Source of the DNA: Geotalea uraniireducens Rf4
GTDB lineage: Bacteria > Desulfobacterota > Desulfuromonadia > Geobacterales > Geobacteraceae
DNA length: 32,000 bases
Assembly: GCF_000016745.1 (NCBI RefSeq)
Contig: NC_009483.1
Location: 1,170,001 to 1,202,000, forward strand
Direction of reading: 5' to 3'
The notes beneath the pieces are model-generated. The model searched no databases, was not told where the DNA came from, and saw only the letters and a program-made list of their open reading frames with translations. Of this stretch, positions 17,334 to 25,334 are shown one piece after another (positions within the stretch are counted from its first letter, which is position 1; every line of letters starts with the position of its first letter). The position numbers were made by a program, and so were the translations under genes.

Positions 17334-17365
17334 GGCGAATGCGGCGCTCAAGTGCCGCGTTCGCC
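17334..17365 (+). terminator. Stem-loop after mop (weak terminator or mRNA-stabilising hairpin)
   Basis: 12-bp stem ggcgaatgcggc/gccgcgttcgcc (one G-U pair), 8-nt loop, followed only by CTAGTTTCTT. Confidence 0.4.
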
Positions 17366-17377
17366 CTAGTTTCTTGA

Positions 17378-17485
17378 TTCCCCCCTTTGAGAAAGGGGAC
17401 CCAAACTTCGGGCCTAAAGGGCTAGCGGGGATTTGCTTCGGTCATTGGAAATCCCCCTCAATCCCCCTTTCTCAAAGGGGGACTT
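17378..17485. repeat. REP-like palindromic repeat (CCCCCTTT..AAAGGGG family)
   Basis: cccccctttgagaaagggg (17380-17398), the GGACCCAAACTTCGGGCCTAAAGG core (17397-17420), ggaaatccccctcaatccccctttctcaaaggggg (17458-17481). Confidence 0.8.
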
Positions 17486-17509
17486 AACAGCCAATGGTGG
17501 TTATACGTC

Positions 17510-19825
17510 ATGGAACAGAACAAACTGCGGGAATGGGAATACAAATGTATCCAGGAAGAACCTCCCCAATGCACGGCAGGCTGCCCCATCCATGTGGATG
17601 CCCGGCTTTTTGTCAAGCAGGCCGGCCAGGGGGACTGGGAAGCTGCCCTGAAAACACTGGCTAAGACCATGCCGTTTCCAAAGATACTCGGCCGCGTCTG
17701 TGACCATCCGTGCGAACCGGCATGCAAGCGGGGTGAGGCCGGTGAACCGATCGCCATCGGCGCACTGGAGAGGGCCTGTGTCGAAACTGCGCAGGAGAAG
17801 GTCAAGGCGGTAATGCTGCCCCGGAAGGACAAGAGGGTTGCCGTCATCGGCAGCGGCCTGAGCAGCCTGACGGTAGCCTGGGACCTGCTCCGCAAAGGAT
17901 ACAGAATAACCGTTTTTGAACCGGGGGAAAGACTTGGCGGCACCCTCTGGGAGTTTCCCGAAACCATCCTGCCGCCTGATGTCATTACTGAGGAATTATC
18001 GCTTTTGGAGAGCCTTGGCGCTGTAATCACCCTCTCTGCCCAGGTGGCGCGGGACGATTTCATTGCCGGCATCCATGGAGAATTCGACGCTGTTTTTGTC
18101 GGCCTGGCTGTGGCTGATTTGAACCTGCATGACCTGGAGCTTGAACCCCTCACTCTGGCCACCAGCCGGAAGGGACTGTTTGCCGGCGGAGCCTGCAGGA
18201 AGGACGGCCGACTGTCTCCGATCACCGAGGCATTTGAAGGGCGCCGCGCCGCGACCTCCATAGATCGATACGTGATGAACGTCTCCATGGATAGCGGCCG
18301 GGAAAATGAAGGACCGTTCGTCACCAGGCTCTACACCAATGTCGAGGGGCTCGAACCCCTTCCGCGGCTTACCCCGGCCGACCCGAACTCCGGTTATTCC
18401 ACCGACGAGGCTATCCGGGAAGCGGAGCGTTGCATCCAGTGCGAGTGCATGGAGTGCGTCAAGGTCTGCCTTTACCTGGAGCGCTACAAGGGGTATCCGA
18501 AGAAGTATGCCCGGCAGGTCTTCAACAACGAGCGGGTCATCTATGGCGCGGCCCGTACGAAGAACCAGTTCGTCAATTCCTGCAGCACCTGCGGTCTCTG
18601 CGAGACCGTTTGTCCGAACGATTTCTTCATGGGGGACCTCTGCCTGCAGGCGCGCAGGACCATGAACGAGCAGAAATTGATGCCCCCTTCCTTCCACGAG
18701 TTTGCCCTTAAGGACATGGCCCACGGCAACGGAGAGCGCTTTGCCCTCTGCAGCCACGAGCCGGGTCGGCAGGAGAGCGCCTGGCTGTACTTCCCGAGCT
18801 GCCAGCTCTGCGCCACCTCACCCGGCGAGGTGCTTTCCTCGTACCGCCACCTGCGGGAAAGGCTTTCAGGAGGGGTCGGGATCATGCTCCGCTGCTGCGG
18901 CGCTCCCGCATTCTGGGCGGGGCGCGACGACCTGTTCCGGGAATCGCTGGATACGGTCCGCAACGAATGGGAACGCCTTGGGCGGCCACGGGTCGTCACC
19001 GCCTGTTCCACCTGCCGGAGCATCTTTCAGGATCACCTTCCCGAGATGGAGTCCGTCTCCCTCTGGAAGGTCATCGAGGAGACCGGGCTTCCCGGCGGGG
19101 AAGGGCCCAGTCCCGCAATCGTCGGAGGGACAACCGTTGCCGTTGCCGACCCCTGCATCACTCGTAACGATCCTGAGACACAGGGAAGTGTACGGCGGAT
19201 CGTGCAGTCGCTGGGGATCAGTATCGAAGAGCTCCCCTTGAGCGGCGAGAAGCCCGAGTGCTGCGGATACGGCGGGCTCATGTACAACGCCAATCCCGGC
19301 CTCGCCCGTGATGTGATCGCCCATCGGGCAACGGTGAGCGACAACGACTACCTGGCCTACTGCGCCATGTGCCGCGATAATTTCGCCGCTGCCGGAAAGA
19401 GGGTCAGTCACCTCATCGAGCTCCTCTTTCCCACCGCCCCTGGTGGGGACCCGGCGGCCCGCGGCTGGATATCCTGGTCCGAGCGCAGGACGAACCGCGC
19501 CAAGGTTCGGGAAGGGATACTCCGGGAGCTCGGCGGGAAGGGAGAAGGAATGGTCGAGGATTACGAGGGCATAGTGCTTCGGATGGCCCCGGAGGTGCGC
19601 AAAAGGATCGACGAACGGCGGATTCTGGAGGACGACCTGCGCCGGGTGATCGATCACGCCGAGCGTACCGGAAAACGGCTGGAAAACCTCCGGACCGGGT
19701 GCTACCGGGCCTACTGCCAGACGGAAAACGTGACCTTCTGGGTGGACTATACCCCCGGAGAAGAAGGGTTCACGGTCCATAACGCTTACTGCCATCGCAT
19801 GAAAATCGTGGGGGTCAAGCAATGA
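17510..19825 (+). CDS. Fused oxidoreductase: GltD-like FAD/NAD(P) module + 2x[4Fe-4S] ferredoxin + two CCG (HdrD/GlpC-like) domains + unknown C-terminal domain
   Basis: 771 aa. CPIHVDARLF...RVCDHPCEPACKR and KRVAVIGSGLSSLTVAWDLLRKGYRITVFE (GltD-like). CIQCECMECVKVC...CSTCGLCETVCP (dicluster). Two CCG motifs (MLRCCGAP, KPECCGYGG). Confidence 0.75.
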   Translation: MEQNKLREWEYKCIQEEPPQCTAGCPIHVDARLFVKQAGQGDWEAALKTLAKTMPFPKILGRVCDHPCEPACKRGEAGEPIAIGALERACVETAQEKVKAVMLPRKDKRVAVIGSGLSSLTVAWDLLRKGYRITVFEPGERLGGTLWEFPETILPPDVITEELSLLESLGAVITLSAQVARDDFIAGIHGEFDAVFVGLAVADLNLHDLELEPLTLATSRKGLFAGGACRKDGRLSPITEAFEGRRAATSIDRYVMNVSMDSGRENEGPFVTRLYTNVEGLEPLPRLTPADPNSGYSTDEAIREAERCIQCECMECVKVCLYLERYKGYPKKYARQVFNNERVIYGAARTKNQFVNSCSTCGLCETVCPNDFFMGDLCLQARRTMNEQKLMPPSFHEFALKDMAHGNGERFALCSHEPGRQESAWLYFPSCQLCATSPGEVLSSYRHLRERLSGGVGIMLRCCGAPAFWAGRDDLFRESLDTVRNEWERLGRPRVVTACSTCRSIFQDHLPEMESVSLWKVIEETGLPGGEGPSPAIVGGTTVAVADPCITRNDPETQGSVRRIVQSLGISIEELPLSGEKPECCGYGGLMYNANPGLARDVIAHRATVSDNDYLAYCAMCRDNFAAAGKRVSHLIELLFPTAPGGDPAARGWISWSERRTNRAKVREGILRELGGKGEGMVEDYEGIVLRMAPEVRKRIDERRILEDDLRRVIDHAERTGKRLENLRTGCYRAYCQTENVTFWVDYTPGEEGFTVHNAYCHRMKIVGVKQ

Positions 19826-20025
19826 ACCTGTCGGAAGAGGCAAAGGGGTGGAGTTGCACTGCCTGCGGGAAACCGCTCGAAGTGGTCAAGGTGAGCTTTA
19901 CCTACATGAAAGGGAACTTTGAGGTCGACCTTCCAGCCTGCAGCGGCTGTGGTCTCGTCCTCGTCTCCGAGGAGCTGGCGACCGGAAAGATGGCCGATGC
20001 GGAGAGAATCCTGGAGGACAAGTAG
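19822..20025 (+). CDS. 67-aa zinc-ribbon mini-protein, translationally coupled to the fused oxidoreductase
   Basis: ATGA start/stop overlap at 19822-19825. Two CxxC pairs (CTACG, CSGCG). Position matches a small redox protein I recall in the D. vulgaris mop neighbourhood (memory only). Confidence 0.6.
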   Translation: MNLSEEAKGWSCTACGKPLEVVKVSFTYMKGNFEVDLPACSGCGLVLVSEELATGKMADAERILEDK

Positions 20026-20090
20026 GGGCGGACGGCGTCCGCCCTATTCCTGGCGCATGGTCGCAATTCCGGGCGCATGCCATGCGCCCC
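20025..20090. repeat. Short palindromic repeats (GGGGCGGAC hairpin; GGGCGCATG/CATGCGCCC palindrome)
   Basis: ggggcggac-ggc-gtccgccc (20025-20045). gggcgcatg-c-catgcgccc (20071-20089), with a partial extra copy ggcgcatgg at 20052-20060. Confidence 0.65.
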
Positions 20091-20105
20091 TACGGACAGG
20101 TCGGC

Positions 20106-20819
20106 ATGTTTAATGTTGAAATACCACCGTCGTCCCCGTATGAATCGCCCCTCTTGCGCGCGGTAACCGGCACGACGATCCGGCCTGGCGGGCTCGCGCT
20201 GACCGAGCGGGGAATCGCATTGTGCCGCTTCCCCTCCGGCGCACGGCTGCTTGACGTGGGGTGCGGCGCTGGCGCAACCGTGGAGCATCTGCGCAGCCGG
20301 TACGGTTTTGCCGCCGCTGGTGTCGATATCTCCCGGAAGCTCATCGCGGAAGGGCTGCTCCGGAACCCGGCGCTGCCGCTGGCAGAGGGTGCGGCGGAAG
20401 CGCTTCCCCTTGACGCGGCGGCTCTGGACGGCGTCCTGTGCGAGTGCGTCCTCTCCCTCCTGGCCGAGCCGCGCCGGGCGCTGGAGCAGTTCCATCGGGT
20501 GCTGCGCCCCGACGGCTACCTGATCCTGAGCGATATGTATGACCGCAACCCGGCGGGGGGGACGCAGCTGCACGAAGTTTCATCGGAAGGCTCCCCTCTG
20601 GGGGAAGTTGCGCGCGACACGCTGGAAAGCCTCTTGACCGGAAGCGGTTTTGCCACTTGCTTCTGGGAGGACCACACCCCCCTCCTGAAGGAGTTGGCCG
20701 CTCGCCTTGTGCTGGCTTACGGTTCCCTGGAGGGGCTTTGGTGCCCGGCTGGCGGCGCCGGATGCGCGGGGGCACGGCCGGGCTACTATCTGCTCGTAGC
20801 CCGAAAAAAACCTGATTAG
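20106..20819 (+). CDS. Class I SAM-dependent methyltransferase
   Basis: Motif I LLDVGCGAGAT; post-I acidic GVDIS; LRPDGYLILSD. Start set at ATG 20106 because the track ATG 20082 lies inside the palindromic repeat. Weak RBS. Confidence 0.7.
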   Translation: MFNVEIPPSSPYESPLLRAVTGTTIRPGGLALTERGIALCRFPSGARLLDVGCGAGATVEHLRSRYGFAAAGVDISRKLIAEGLLRNPALPLAEGAAEALPLDAAALDGVLCECVLSLLAEPRRALEQFHRVLRPDGYLILSDMYDRNPAGGTQLHEVSSEGSPLGEVARDTLESLLTGSGFATCFWEDHTPLLKELAARLVLAYGSLEGLWCPAGGAGCAGARPGYYLLVARKKPD

Positions 20820-20958
20820 TACTAAATCTTCCGTAGAAGTTACCCCCCTTTGAGAAAGGGGGGCAAGGGGGGATTTTCCTGGCTGCGATGAAAGGCAAAT
20901 CCCCCTAAATCCCCCTTTCATAAAGGGGGACTTGGTCTTTCGGAAGATTGGTACTAAT
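20815..20958. repeat. 144-bp composite palindromic repeat (CCCCCCTTT..AAAGGGGGG family) closed by an outer inverted repeat
   Basis: Outer arms attagtactaaatcttccg (20815-20833) and cggaagattggtactaat (20941-20958). Inner hairpins at 20843-20863 and 20911-20929. Confidence 0.8.
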
Positions 20959-20986
20959 CGAAAAAAACAATGATGGAGACTGAACC

Positions 20987-21430
20987 ATGGACCAGACCTT
21001 GTTGATGCGCATGATGGAATTGTCCTATAACGGTTATTACTGCAGCCAGATCCTGGTCATCCTGGCCCTGGAGGCCCAGGGGAAGAGCAACCCCGACCTG
21101 ATCCGGGCGATGGGGGGATTGGCCAACGGCTGCGGTTTTGCCGGCGGACCCTGCGGCACCCTGACCGGAGCCGCCTGCCTGCTCAGCCTCTATGCCGGCA
21201 AGGGGACCGACGAGGAATACGAGGACGAGCGCCTCAAGTACATGCTTCAGGACCTTGGGGAGTGGTTTTCCCAAACCTATGGAAGCCGGTACGGAGACGT
21301 CACCTGCGAGTCGATCGTCGGGGACCGGACCGAAATCCGCCAGCGTTGCGGAGCCATCGTAGCCGAAACCTACGCCAAGGTGATGGAACTGTTGACCGCC
21401 AGCGGCTACGACGTTACGGCCGGGAAATAA
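20987..21430 (+). CDS. C_GCAxxG_C_C family protein
   Basis: 147 aa with the family layout: C (YYCSQ), G-x-CGxxxGA (GGPCGTLTGAACLL), C (VTCES), C (RQRCGA). Confidence 0.7.
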   Translation: MDQTLLMRMMELSYNGYYCSQILVILALEAQGKSNPDLIRAMGGLANGCGFAGGPCGTLTGAACLLSLYAGKGTDEEYEDERLKYMLQDLGEWFSQTYGSRYGDVTCESIVGDRTEIRQRCGAIVAETYAKVMELLTASGYDVTAGK

Positions 21431-21465
21431 GGGACTTGGAACTTATCGATATACCGTTTTTCAAT

Positions 21466-21556
21466 GTAGGGGCGAAGCAAAAGCCCCACCTGCTTCACCC
21501 TATTTGCCACGGAGATCAAAGGCGGGCGAAGCAGATGAAACGTGCTTCGCCCCTAC
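21466..21556. repeat. Palindromic repeat (GTAGGGGCGAAGCA family), two tandem hairpins
   Basis: Perfect 14-nt inverted repeat gtaggggcgaagca (21466-21479) and tgcttcgcccctac (21543-21556). Internal partner copies ctgcttcaccc and ggcgggcgaagcag. Confidence 0.75.
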
Positions 21557-21589
21557 TCGGGTGCCGACTCGAATCCGGAGGTGACTGAA

Positions 21590-22966
21590 ATGAATAATTG
21601 CAACAGGACCGTCAGCACGGCCACCGAGAGCCTCTGTCCCAGCTGCCTGGCGCGGATTCCCGCCGAGCGGCAGCAGCATGGGGACGATGTCGTCCTGGTG
21701 AAACGCTGCCCGGAGCATGGTGAATTCCGCTCCCTCGTCTGGCGGGGGGAGCCGTCTCTCTCCGGCTGGTCGCGACCGAAAAAAACCGTTCGCATCGGCG
21801 GCCACCTGGGAGGGGAGACGCGCGGCTGCCCTTTCGACTGCGGCATCTGCGCCGGGCACCGGCAGCAGTCGTGCACTGTCCTCATCGAAGTGACCGAGCG
21901 CTGCAACCTGGCCTGTCCTTACTGTTTCGCAGCTGCCGGTCGGCAGGAAGTGCACGACCCGCCGCTGGCGGTTATCGCAGAACGTCTCCGCGCTGCCATG
22001 CAGGCGAGCGGTCCGCACAACATCGTCCAGCTCTCCGGCGGCGAGCCGACGGTCCGTGACGACCTGCCGGCCATTATCACTCTGGGGCGCGAGCTGGGAT
22101 TCCCCTTCATCCAGCTGAACAGCAACGGCGTGCGGTTGGCCGCCGACCCGGAATATGCCGGGGAACTGAAGCGAGCCGGTCTCTTTTCCGTCTTCCTCCA
22201 GTTCGACGGTACGGAAGACCGGATCTACCGGGCGATCCGCGGGCGTTCCCTGCTCGCGGAAAAACTGCGGGCCATCGAGCACTGCGCCGCCAACGGCCTC
22301 GGTGTGGTCCTCGTCCCGACCATCGTACCGGGGGTTAATACCGGGAATATCGGCGCCATCCTGATGCAGGCCCTGGAACTGGCGCCGGCTGTCAGGGGTG
22401 TCCATTTTCAGCCCGTAGCCTATTTCGGCCGTCACCCCGAGCCCCCTGTCAGCGAGGACCGTATCACACTTCCCGACCTGATGACGGCCATCGAGGACCA
22501 GACCGACGGCCTCATGAAGATGGAGCATTTTCGCCCACCGGGATGCGAGCATCCGCTCTGCTCGTTCCACGGCAACTTCCTCCGTCTACCCGACGGCGGA
22601 ATCCAGCCCCTGACCAGCCATACGCCGGCCGGTTGCTGCGGGGCGAGCGAGCTGGCAAATGAGGGAACCGGCCGGGCGGTCTCCTTCGTAGCCCGCCAAT
22701 GGGCTGCTCCCGCTTTGGCAGAAGGTGGTCCGGCCGGTGCCGACGGTGCGCTCAGCCTGGACCTCTTCCTTGAAAACCACCGGACCAACACCTTCGCCGT
22801 TTCCGCCATGGCCTTCCAGGATGTCTGGAACCTGGATCTGGAACGGGTGCAGGAGTGCTGCATCCACGTGGCCGCCCCGGACGGCCGGATGATCCCGTTC
22901 TGCCTCTACAATCTGACCTCCGCCGAGGGAATACCGCTGTACCGGAACAGGACGCGATGCCGTTAA
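21590..22966 (+). CDS. Radical SAM enzyme with N-terminal Cys-rich (zinc-ribbon-like) segment
   Basis: GGAGGTG RBS then ATG 21590. N-terminal CPSCL...CPEHG. CX3CX2C cluster motif in EVTERCNLACPYCFA. GGEPT SAM-binding motif (QLSGGEPTVRDD). 458 aa. Confidence 0.8.
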   Translation: MNNCNRTVSTATESLCPSCLARIPAERQQHGDDVVLVKRCPEHGEFRSLVWRGEPSLSGWSRPKKTVRIGGHLGGETRGCPFDCGICAGHRQQSCTVLIEVTERCNLACPYCFAAAGRQEVHDPPLAVIAERLRAAMQASGPHNIVQLSGGEPTVRDDLPAIITLGRELGFPFIQLNSNGVRLAADPEYAGELKRAGLFSVFLQFDGTEDRIYRAIRGRSLLAEKLRAIEHCAANGLGVVLVPTIVPGVNTGNIGAILMQALELAPAVRGVHFQPVAYFGRHPEPPVSEDRITLPDLMTAIEDQTDGLMKMEHFRPPGCEHPLCSFHGNFLRLPDGGIQPLTSHTPAGCCGASELANEGTGRAVSFVARQWAAPALAEGGPAGADGALSLDLFLENHRTNTFAVSAMAFQDVWNLDLERVQECCIHVAAPDGRMIPFCLYNLTSAEGIPLYRNRTRCR

Positions 22967-24285
22967 CCCCGCTGGAACCATGGATAAAGAGTAAAATCGG
23001 CCTGGCAGCGACGGAGCCGTTGACCCGGCCCCTCCTGGAAGGCTACCAGCTGCGGAAGCTGCGGGAGACCATGGCGCATGCCCGACGCCACAGCCCCTTC
23101 TACCGGAAACACCTGCAAGGGTGCGGCGAGCCCGACTCTCTGGAGGAGGTGGCCCTACTTCCCTTTACCTCTCCGGCGGACGTCCAGGAGGATGACCTGC
23201 GCTTTCTCTGCGTCTCCCGGGCCGAGGTGGCCCGGGTGGTGACCCTCCGGAGCTCGGGGACCACGGCGCCTGCCAAGCGGCTCCATTTCACAGCGGCAGA
23301 CCTGGAACTGACCGTGAATTTCTTTCACCACGGCATGTCTACCATGGTGCAACCGGGACAGCGGGTGCTCATCCTCATGCCCGGCGAGTTGCCCGGCAGC
23401 GTCGGCGACCAGCTGGTCAAGGGGCTCAGACGCCTGGAGGTGGAGGGGATCGTGCACGGCCTGGTGCATGATGCCGAGGAGGTACTACACTCCATCGAGA
23501 CCCTGGAAATCGACTGCCTGGTAGGGATTCCGGTCCAGGTGCTGGCCCTGGCCAGGCACCCGGCGGCCACTGCGCTGCCGCCGAACCGGCTGAAAAGCGT
23601 GCTCCTGAGCGCCGACTACGTCCCGGCGGCCATTGTCCTTGAGGTGAGCGCTGTCTGGGGAGCTGCGGTGTACAACCACTACGGGATGACCGAGATGGGG
23701 CTAGGCGGCGGGGTTGAATGCAGCCGGCGTTGCGGCTATCACCTGCGGGAGGCCGACCTTTACGTCGAAGTTGTCGACCCTGAGAGCGGCCGGCCGCTCC
23801 CCGACGGCGAACGGGGAGAGGTTGTTTTCACCACGCTGACCCGCTGGGGAATGCCGCTCATCCGCTACCGAACCGGCGACCTGGCGCGCTTCCTGCCGGA
23901 GCCCTGTTCCTGCGGTACGGTGCTGCGCCGCCTGGAACGGGCCAGGGGGAGACTGGCCGGTACGGTGCGCCTGAGTAACGGTGGGGCGCTCGACATCACC
24001 GACCTGGACGAGGCGCTCTTTCCCCTGCCGCTTCTCCTCGATTACCAGGCCGTGTTGAGCGAAGACGACGGCAGGGACGTCCTGGACGTAACCATCAAGA
24101 CGACAGCGACGGATAATGGGGAGGCTTCCCACCAGGTGCTCCGGGCGCTGTTTGATGTGCCGGCGGTGCGGGCGGCCGTGGCGGATGGGAGCCTCACCCT
24201 GAGAGCCGCCGGTCATGGCGCATTCATAACAACTGGAAGCATCAAGAGAACGGTCCTTGACCGGAGAAAGGAGCATATATGTTGA
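22957..24285 (+). CDS. PaaK/F390-synthetase-like adenylate-forming (AMP-dependent) ligase
   Basis: ATG 22957 overlaps the radical SAM stop (22964-22966). Motifs RSSGTTAPAKR (P-loop SSGTTG-like), NHYGMTEMG, YRTGDLA. N-terminal LEGYQLRKLRETMAHARRHSPFYRKHL is typical of PaaK-like ligases. Confidence 0.8.
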   Translation: MPLTPLEPWIKSKIGLAATEPLTRPLLEGYQLRKLRETMAHARRHSPFYRKHLQGCGEPDSLEEVALLPFTSPADVQEDDLRFLCVSRAEVARVVTLRSSGTTAPAKRLHFTAADLELTVNFFHHGMSTMVQPGQRVLILMPGELPGSVGDQLVKGLRRLEVEGIVHGLVHDAEEVLHSIETLEIDCLVGIPVQVLALARHPAATALPPNRLKSVLLSADYVPAAIVLEVSAVWGAAVYNHYGMTEMGLGGGVECSRRCGYHLREADLYVEVVDPESGRPLPDGERGEVVFTTLTRWGMPLIRYRTGDLARFLPEPCSCGTVLRRLERARGRLAGTVRLSNGGALDITDLDEALFPLPLLLDYQAVLSEDDGRDVLDVTIKTTATDNGEASHQVLRALFDVPAVRAAVADGSLTLRAAGHGAFITTGSIKRTVLDRRKEHIC

Positions 24286-25334
24286 TTTCCTGGGCAGCAG
24301 ATACGATCTGTCCGGTGCTGGAGCGGGGGGAGGAGCTGGTGCTGGCGACGGTGATCAGCAAGTCCGGCTCGGCCCCTTGTCTGGCGGGCTCGAAGATGAT
24401 CGTCCATGGGGACGAAACCTCCGTCGGCACCATCGGCGGCGGGGCGCTGGAGGCGGAAGGGCAGAAAAGGGCCGGTGACGTCTTCAGGAGCGGCGTTTCG
24501 CAGATATTCACCTTCGACCTTTCCGGCCGGGACGCGGCCAGCATGTCGATGATCTGCGGCGGGCGGGTGGAGATATTCCTGGAGCTGATCGACGCCGATC
24601 CGGCCAATCTGCAGGTGTTCCGGGGACTGCGCGATGCGCTGCAAACCGGGGAGAAATGTTTCATTGTCACCGACCTGGGCGAGGTCGGGGCCGATATCCG
24701 GAGGATCAACCGCTGCCTGGTCAGACAAGACGGAACGGTTACCGGGGTGTTCAATCACCCTGAGCCGTGGCTCGCTACCCTGGCGGAACAGGCGCACCGA
24801 TCGACCTACCCGGTACTCACCACCCTGGAACGGCGCCGGTTCCTCGTCGAACGCTGCTATACCCCGAGCACCGTCTACATCTTCGGCGCCGGCCATGTCT
24901 CCCAGCATGTGGCGGAGCTTGCCGGCAAGATCGCTTTTCAGACCTTTGTACTGGACGACCGGGAGGAATTCGCCAACCGGGAACGTTTCGCGACCGCAAG
25001 CGAGGTGCGGGTCATCGACTCGTTCGCCGACTGTTTCAGCGGCCTGGAGGTGGGGGGAGACAGCTACGTTGTCATCGTTACCAGGGGGCACGCCCACGAC
25101 AAGGTTGTCCTGGAACAGGCCCTCCAGACCGGCGCGGGCTATATCGGCATGCTCGGCAGCCGGAAGAAAAGCGCGGAAATCCGCAAGGCGCTCCTGGCCG
25201 AAGGGTTCGGCGAGGAGGAGGTCGGTCGGTTCCGCTGCCCGATCGGGCTGGATATCGGCGCCGAAACCACGGCTGAGATTGCCGTCAGCATCGTGGCGGA
25301 ATTGATCCAGGCCAGAGCCGAAAGAGGAGAATAA
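24279..25334 (+). CDS. XdhC/CoxF-family molybdenum-cofactor insertion chaperone
   Basis: Overlaps the previous stop by 7 nt. N-terminal XdhC_CoxI-like VLATVISKSGSAP...GTIGGG. Rossmann part VYIFGAGHVSQHV...VVIVTRGHAHD...YIGMLGSRKK...CPIGLDIGAETTAEIAVSI. Confidence 0.85.
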   Translation: MLISWAADTICPVLERGEELVLATVISKSGSAPCLAGSKMIVHGDETSVGTIGGGALEAEGQKRAGDVFRSGVSQIFTFDLSGRDAASMSMICGGRVEIFLELIDADPANLQVFRGLRDALQTGEKCFIVTDLGEVGADIRRINRCLVRQDGTVTGVFNHPEPWLATLAEQAHRSTYPVLTTLERRRFLVERCYTPSTVYIFGAGHVSQHVAELAGKIAFQTFVLDDREEFANRERFATASEVRVIDSFADCFSGLEVGGDSYVVIVTRGHAHDKVVLEQALQTGAGYIGMLGSRKKSAEIRKALLAEGFGEEEVGRFRCPIGLDIGAETTAEIAVSIVAELIQARAERGE

